The notes under the pieces are model-generated. The model made no database searches, was not told the origin of the DNA, and saw nothing but the letters and a program-made list of their open reading frames with translations. From Clostridiales bacterium GWF2_38_85 (lineage in GTDB: Bacteria; Bacillota; Clostridia; Oscillospirales; CAG-382), in assembly GCA_001797275.1 (NCBI GenBank), contig MGOY01000006.1:4744-68743 (forward strand): DNA of 64,000 nucleotides. Reading direction: 5' to 3'. Made by a program: the position numbers and the translations under genes. Of this stretch, positions 58,427 to 64,000 are shown piece after piece (the first letter of the stretch is position 1; every line of letters begins with the position of its first letter).

Positions 58427-58936
58427 TTGATCATGAAAATCATTGAGACTGAAAGGTTGTATCTGAGGGAACTTCGAATTGATGACAAGAAGGAATTAAT
58501 GAAGGTCTTATCCGATCCTGAATCCATGCAATTCTATCCACATCCGTTCACTGAGGAAGAGGTTGAAAAGTGGATTCAATGGAATATTGAAAATTATAAA
58601 AAATATAAACACGGATTATGGGCAGTAATACTAAAAGAAAGTGATATATTTGTTGGAGATTGTGGTATAACCATGCAAAACATCAGCGATAAAACCGTAC
58701 CTGAAATTGGCTTTCATATTATTAAGAAATATTGCAACATGGGTTTTGCATCTGAAGCAGCTCTTGCGTGTAAAGAATACGCTTTAAAGGTTTTACAATA
58801 TCCTGAAGTATTTTCGTATGCTACCTTAAATAATATTTCTTCGCAAAAAGTCGCAGAGAAGATTGGTATGCGGTTTTATGAATATTTTGAAAAGAATGGT
58901 GAGAAGCAAATTATCCAAGTAGCAAGTAAGGATTAA
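58427..58936 (+). CDS. GNAT-family N-acetyltransferase (RimJ/RimL-like)
   Basis: 169 aa; ...GFHIIKKYCNMGFASEAALACKEYAL... GNAT core. Confidence 0.65.
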   Translation: MIMKIIETERLYLRELRIDDKKELMKVLSDPESMQFYPHPFTEEEVEKWIQWNIENYKKYKHGLWAVILKESDIFVGDCGITMQNISDKTVPEIGFHIIKKYCNMGFASEAALACKEYALKVLQYPEVFSYATLNNISSQKVAEKIGMRFYEYFEKNGEKQIIQVASKD

Positions 58937-59355
58937 ACCCCAAAATACAACTAAGGGATAATCAGCGTCAAGTGATATACTTTTTGTATACTCAAGGCAT
59001 CAATTCAGTAAATCAGTATTGTCGAAATGCTGATTTCTTACATATGAATTAAGAATGCGCATATCTTTGCATTTCATTAATTTATTTATTAAATCATTCT
59101 TGTTAGATATCAATAAATCTGTTATAAAAACAGTCGTTTTTTCGCAATGTGTAATTCTTAATTTAGATATATTTATGCAATGAATGAATTTACGAATATT
59201 GAATCCTGCAAAATCGTTAAAATTTTTACTTAATAATTTAAGGAAAAAAGCAAATACTACTTGACATAACCGCATATTTAGATTAAAATATATATATATT
59301 ATGGCTCTTTAGCGACGAGCTAAAATTATGAAGAAAAACACAAAAAGGAGAACTT

Positions 59356-61254
59356 ATGATTATTAAGTATGATCAGATCTTAAAAGATCGAATGAGTAAA
59401 GAAAGCTATTCTAAACTTATAGCTTTAAAGAATGAAAAAGTCGTAGAATTTGTTGGATCATTTATCGAACATTGTGATCCTGCATCTGTCTATGTCTGCA
59501 ATGACAGCGAAAATGATATCCAGTATGTTCGTGACCAGGCTCTGGCTAAAGGCGAAGAGCAATATCTTGCAAATTCAAAGCAAACTATCCACTGGGATGG
59601 TTACGGTGATCAGGGGCGTGATAAAAACGGCACTCGTTTTCTTGTTTATAAAGAAAACATGGAAAAGATGAAAACTCTCAACGCTATTGAATACGAAGAA
59701 GGCTGCAAAGAAATAATGGAGATTTCACGCGGCATTATGCGCGGTAAAGATGCCATTGTACAGTTCTTTGCAGAAGGTCCCACAGAAAGCCCGTTTACCA
59801 TCCCATGTGTTCAGTTCACCGACAGTTGGTATGTTGCTCACTCTGAGTTCATTCTGTACCGCTCAGCATACAACCATTTTCTTAAAATGAAGGATTCCGA
59901 AAAAGACGATTTCTTCCGTTTCATTCATTCCGCTGGAGAACTCGATGAAAATAACAACACCAAAAACCTCGACAAACGCAGAATTTATATGGACACTCAG
60001 AATAACATTGTTTACTCCATGAATGCGCAGTATGCAGGTAACTCTGTCGGTCTCAAAAAGCACTCGATGCGTCTTGCAATCAGCAAGTCAGGCAAAGAAG
60101 GCTGGCTTTGCGAGCATATGTTTGTTATGGCCGCTCTTGATAAAGAAAAGAATCGTAAAACATATTTCTGTGGTGCTTATCCGTCAGCCTGCGGCAAAAC
60201 ATCAACAGCAATGATTCCCGGAGAAAAAATTGTCGGTGATGATATTGCTTATTTCCGTAATATCAACGGCGAATTCCGTGCCGTTAATGTTGAGTTCGGT
60301 ATGTTCGGTATTATTCAGGATGTCAATGCTAAAGATGATCCTGTAATTTTTGATAACTTGATGATGAATCAAGAAGTTATCTTCTCAAATGTTCTTAAAG
60401 GTCCCGATGCTAAACCCTACTGGCTAGGTATGGGCGTTGATGCTCCCAAAGAAGGCCGTAACCATTTCGGCGAATGGTATGAAGGCGTTCAGGATGCAAA
60501 AGGTAAAACAGTACCTCTCGCACACGGTAATGCACGCTACACTATGCGTCTTGATTACCTCGACAATATTGATAAAGAAGGCTTTGAATCCAAAAACGGC
60601 GTAGCGGTTGAAGGTATTCTTTATGGTGGTCGTGACAGCGACACAACAGTTCCGGTTGAAGAATCACCCAACTGGAAGGACGGTATCCTTCTCAAGGCAG
60701 CTACCCTCGAATCGGAAACAACCAGCGCTACTTTAGGCGCTGAGGGCGTTCGTACACCCAGCCCGATGGCTAATATGGACTTCGTTTCATATCCGCTTGG
60801 CGAATATACAATGAACAATATCAAGTTTGGCGAAAATGTTAAGAAGACCCCAAAAATTTTCAGCAATAATTATTTCATGCGCGATGAAAATGGCAAATTT
60901 ATGACCAGCAAGCTCGCGAAAAAAATCTGGCTGCACTGGGCAGACGGTCGTATTCATGATGAGTATGATGCTTATGACACACCGACCGGTAAGATTCCTA
61001 AATATGAGGATTTGGCAAAACTGTTTAAAAAATATCTTAACGAAGATTTCACCGAATCTGTCTATACCACATTGTTTACTTTCCGCTGCACAAAATGGAT
61101 TGAAAAACTGGAAAGAGCAAAGACATATTATACAAAGATGGATTCAAACATACCTCAAGAAATTTTCGATTACTGGAATACTGTCATTGAACGAATTAAA
61201 TCATCCAAAGAAAAATATGGCGATCTGATTAAACCCGGCGAATACAAAGGCTAA
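59356..61254 (+). CDS. pckG: phosphoenolpyruvate carboxykinase (GTP)
   Basis: 632 aa; kinase-1a motif YPSACGKTS and overall GTP-PEPCK pattern. Confidence 0.8.
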   Translation: MIIKYDQILKDRMSKESYSKLIALKNEKVVEFVGSFIEHCDPASVYVCNDSENDIQYVRDQALAKGEEQYLANSKQTIHWDGYGDQGRDKNGTRFLVYKENMEKMKTLNAIEYEEGCKEIMEISRGIMRGKDAIVQFFAEGPTESPFTIPCVQFTDSWYVAHSEFILYRSAYNHFLKMKDSEKDDFFRFIHSAGELDENNNTKNLDKRRIYMDTQNNIVYSMNAQYAGNSVGLKKHSMRLAISKSGKEGWLCEHMFVMAALDKEKNRKTYFCGAYPSACGKTSTAMIPGEKIVGDDIAYFRNINGEFRAVNVEFGMFGIIQDVNAKDDPVIFDNLMMNQEVIFSNVLKGPDAKPYWLGMGVDAPKEGRNHFGEWYEGVQDAKGKTVPLAHGNARYTMRLDYLDNIDKEGFESKNGVAVEGILYGGRDSDTTVPVEESPNWKDGILLKAATLESETTSATLGAEGVRTPSPMANMDFVSYPLGEYTMNNIKFGENVKKTPKIFSNNYFMRDENGKFMTSKLAKKIWLHWADGRIHDEYDAYDTPTGKIPKYEDLAKLFKKYLNEDFTESVYTTLFTFRCTKWIEKLERAKTYYTKMDSNIPQEIFDYWNTVIERIKSSKEKYGDLIKPGEYKG

Positions 61255-61276
61255 TTTCTATATCATTCACACGAAA

Positions 61277-61330
61277 AAAACTGCTGTCAGTCATATATAT
61301 GACTGACAGCAGTTTACTGATTTTTTATAA
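61277..61330 (+). terminator. rho-independent terminator
   Basis: AAACTGCTGTCAGTCATATATATGACTGACAGCAGTTTactgattttttat. Confidence 0.7.
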
Positions 61331-61381
61331 ACACACGATAAGACGGAAAAAAAGAAAACTAAATCTTATCCTTCTGTAGGA

Positions 61382-62397
61382 GTGATTCTTTTGAATACTA
61401 TAACATTGGGCAAAACAGAAATTATCGTAAATAAAAACGGTTTCGGAGCACTGCCAATCCAGAGGATCAACAAAAATGAAGCTCGTACTTTATTAAGGAA
61501 AGCATATGACAACGGCATAAACTTTTTTGATACCGCAAGATTCTATACAGACAGCGAAGAAAAAATAGGTTATGCCTTAAACGATGTCAGAGATAAAATC
61601 TGCATAGCATCTAAAACAATGACTACCAAGGTCATCGAATTTTGGGAACAATTGAACACATCCCTTCGCTTATTGAAAACTGATTATCTGGATATATATC
61701 AATTCCACAATCCTGCCTTTTGACCCACACCCGGGGACGGCGCCGGACTTTACGAAGGATGCTCGAAGCCAAAGCAAAGGGTATGATCCGTCACATCGGA
61801 ATCACAAACCACCGCCTTAAGGTTGCAACAGATGCAGCTGAATCCGGCTTATATGAGACAATACAGTTTCCCTTCAGCTACTTAGCAACAGTCAAAGAAA
61901 TAGAGCTTGTCAAACTCTGCAAAAAGAATGATATCGGATTTATAGCAATGAAAGCATTATCCGGCGGTCTGATAACAAATTTCACGGCTACTTACGCCTA
62001 TCTTGCGCAATATGATAATGTACTGCCCATCTGGGGAATTCAACGGAAATCCGAGCTTGACGAATTTTTATCATATGACGATAATCCGCCAGCACTGAAC
62101 GAGGAGTTAACTTCAATTATTGAGCAGGACAGAAATGCTTTGAGTGAGGATTTCTGCCGTGGTTGCGGGTATTGTATGCCCTGCCCGGTTGGTATTGAGA
62201 TACCCACAGCTGCAAGAATGTCACTGATGCTTAAGCGTGCGCCACTGTCTGTGTGCCTGAGTGATGAGTGGAAAGCAAAGATGGAGAAGGTAAATAACTG
62301 TATTCATTGCAATCAATGCAAAGATCACTGCCCATATGGTCTTGATACACCTAAGCTTCTCAAAAAGAACTGGGAAGATTACAAGAGATACATGTAA
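61382..62397 (+). pseudogene. aldo/keto reductase fused to a C-terminal 4Fe-4S ferredoxin-like domain; disrupted by an in-frame TGA and a frameshift at about 61711-61770
   Basis: AKR N-terminus (FGALPIQR..., DTARFY...); after ...QFHNPAF* the sequence continues in frame 1 as PTPGDGAGLYEG, then another frame gives MLEAKAKGMIRHIGITNH...; C-terminal CRGCGYCMPCPVG and CIHCNQCKDHCP. Confidence 0.55.
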
Positions 62398-62417
62398 GAT
62401 TAAGAAAGGAACCCTAT

Positions 62418-62741
62418 ATGAACTACCAATATGAAACAAATAAAATATATGCAGATGATGATAAAGGTGAGCTGATGGCGGAAGCTGCTTTCAATAATGT
62501 CAGCGATGGCGTTATTGACATAACCCACATTTATGTCAGTTCTGTGCTCCGAGGACAAGGTGTTGCCGGGCAGCTTATGGAGCTTATGGTTGAATATATG
62601 AGAAAAAATAAGCTCAAATCCAAAGCTTCCTGTTCATATGCAAACTCCTGGTTGCAAAAGAACAAGGAGGCCTATGCTGATGTAATCGCTGACGGAATAG
62701 ACGACCAGCCTATAGCCTGCAAAATAGACGGGAAACATTAA
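62418..62741 (+). CDS. small GNAT-like (YjdJ-type) acetyltransferase-domain protein
   Basis: 107 aa; ...RGQGVAGQLMELMVEYMRKN... Confidence 0.5.
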   Translation: MNYQYETNKIYADDDKGELMAEAAFNNVSDGVIDITHIYVSSVLRGQGVAGQLMELMVEYMRKNKLKSKASCSYANSWLQKNKEAYADVIADGIDDQPIACKIDGKH

Positions 62742-62781
62742 GTGTACCAACAAATAAAGCGTAAAGGAGTATGCTGTAACT

Positions 62782-63557
62782 ATGATGAACCTTGTCCTAT
62801 TTTTAGTTGTATTCGGCGTGTTATGGCTCTTAATTGAAATTCTGTCAATTCTATTGAAGATAACCGGACTTGAGTTAAGTAACAAATCATCTCTATTTTA
62901 ACTCATACTGGCTTTACTACCCGGGAGCCTGAGCTTATTGTTCAGCATTCAACCAGACGCCGTATCGCTATATTAAACTAACAAATTAATTGTGATTTTA
63001 TTAATTTGAAAAAAGCTAAAAAGTATAGGCATTTTTCAAATTGCTGTAGTAATTCATTTATTAGTTTTATATAGTATGCTTATGATTTAAGCTACATAGC
63101 ACGGGTATCGTTAATCACCCTGCTATTCGATATGCTCAATGACGAGCAGCAAAACCTTTTAAGCATTCTGATAATTCTCTCGGTTGTGCTTGTTTTTATT
63201 ATTATCGTTACTAAAAACAAATACATTCTGGATCGATTTGAAAGGCTCGCTGAAAAAATACTGTCAAAAAGCATCAGCAAGAATAAAGGCAGTCGGATTG
63301 ACCGGATTCTTAATCTAAATTCTAATTTCAGTATATATGAAGTTGTCGTTGACAACGATAGCCCTATGTGTAAAAAAACATTAAGAGAAAATCGGCTGAG
63401 GGACAACTTTATTCAAGTATTGAAGATAGATCGTGGTTCTGAAATAATAGATTTCCCGACAGCAGATACCATCATCCTGCACGGAGACCGCTTGATTGTA
63501 TACGGAAAAATAAAATCAATATCAAAACTGGTTATGAAACAGGAAGAGAAAAAATAA
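62782..63557 (+). pseudogene. TrkA-C (RCK_C) domain membrane protein gene, interrupted by a frameshift near 62880 and by insertion of repeat element copy D
   Basis: N-terminal TM FLVVFGVLWLLIEILSILLKITGL; shifted frame reads TGFTTREPELIVQHSTRRRIAIL and runs into the element; the frame resumes after it as ...SLITLLFDMLNDEQQ... into the TrkA-C domain (track ORF 63132-63557). Confidence 0.6.
62968..63074 (-). mobile_element. MITE-like nested inverted-repeat element, copy D (inverted relative to A-C)
   Basis: CTATATTAAACTAACAAATTAATtgtgattttattaatttgAAAAAAGCtaaaaagtatagGCATTTTTcaaattgctgtagtaATTCATTTATTAGTTTTATATAG; inner arms are the reverse complement of copy C's inner arms. Confidence 0.65.
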
Positions 63558-63857
63558 TAATGTAACAGAGATTCCATACAACCCCGAAAAATATCTTGCC
63601 GAGACAGATCCGAAAATGAAAAGATATTATGTATGCCATTGTCCGTTCGCCAGAGAAGCAATACTGAGGGGCGAACTTTAAGGATATCAGGAAACTGGTG
63701 TTATTGCAGCGCAGGCTTTGTCAAGCATCCGTATGAGGTCATTTTTTAATTTAATAAGAAACTAAAAGTCGATATGCTGCAGTCAGTTCTCAAATGTAAT
63801 CCTGTCTGCAGGTTTGCGATATATTTAGATTAAAACTCGGTTGAAAGGACCCATATA

Positions 63858-64000
63858 ATGAGAATACCGAAAAGGCTTAAAAAAGAAAACGACAAGCTTG
63901 AATGGAGAAAAGTAGTCGGGTTATTTGTCCTACTCACTCTGATTACATCAATTATTTATGTTATTGTAATGATGATTATTTCACCTTCTGCTGACTCTGC
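63858..64000 (+). CDS. 5' end of a membrane protein gene continuing beyond the window
   Basis: ATG with RBS-like aaagga upstream; MRIPKRLKKENDKLEWRKVVGLFVLLTLITSIIYVIVMMII... (TM helix). Confidence 0.35.
   Translation, partial: MRIPKRLKKENDKLEWRKVVGLFVLLTLITSIIYVIVMMIISPSADS

Noticed and set aside
59000-59275. 91-aa minus-strand ORF upstream of pckG
   Set aside because: It lies in the AT-rich promoter region of pckG with no RBS and low-complexity Ile/Asn/Lys composition. Probably not a gene.
1-64000. CRISPR arrays, rRNA or tRNA genes
   Set aside because: No spacer-repeat periodicity, no rRNA-like conserved stretches and no convincing tRNA cloverleaf candidates were seen while reading the window. 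tRNA scanning by eye is unreliable, so tRNAscan-SE/Infernal should be run to confirm.

Overview
This window reads as a low-GC (about 33-35%) Firmicutes/Clostridia-type chromosomal segment with ordinary core genes and a decayed accessory mosaic at the right end. Core genes include asnS, GTP-dependent PEPCK, uridine phosphorylase, an ECF transporter T-AA-S module, a flotillin/NfeD pair, a beta-CASP RNase, an RmlD-like reductase and several ABC transporters. Other recognisable content is a four-domain CoADR-rhodanese-TusA-DsrE protein, a CotH-kinase-family protein, a DUF4127-like lipoprotein, two ECF-sigma modules (one next to a GH26 lipoprotein, one next to a secreted HExxH metalloprotease), a CapA/PgsA and class-A-beta-lactamase-like fusion lipoprotein, a translationally coupled Ddl-like ATP-grasp plus KamA-like radical-SAM pair, and three paralogous QueG-N-domain-like Fe-S proteins. 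The most interesting signal is an apparently unannotated miniature inverted-repeat element of about 107 bp. It has roughly 23-bp terminal inverted repeats around an internal AAAAAGCC...GGCTTTTT hairpin and occurs four times (about 33222-33328, 34075-34182, 58158-58263, 62968-63074). One copy is inverted and sits inside a TrkA-C gene. Two copies abut truncated genes, a flotillin paralogue remnant and an AAA-ATPase fragment. Two direct copies flank a one-gene cassette inserted between nfeD and floT. From 50.6 kb onward, higher-GC islands lie to the right of three decayed 3' ends of large serine recombinase genes that share att-like flanks and iteron-like direct repeats. This is consistent with repeated integration and decay at one hotspot. 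Cargo includes a PadR-DUF1048x2-ABC cassette with a frameshifted permease, a WYL regulator-RidA-GNAT-YcaQ/AlkZ-like cluster, GNAT genes and a GNAT C-terminal fragment. Several other genes carry lesions: a split AKR-ferredoxin, a truncated HAD and a split ABC-2 permease. No rRNA, tRNA or CRISPR array was recognised. Coordinates derived by hand rather than from the ORF track may be off by 1-2 nt.
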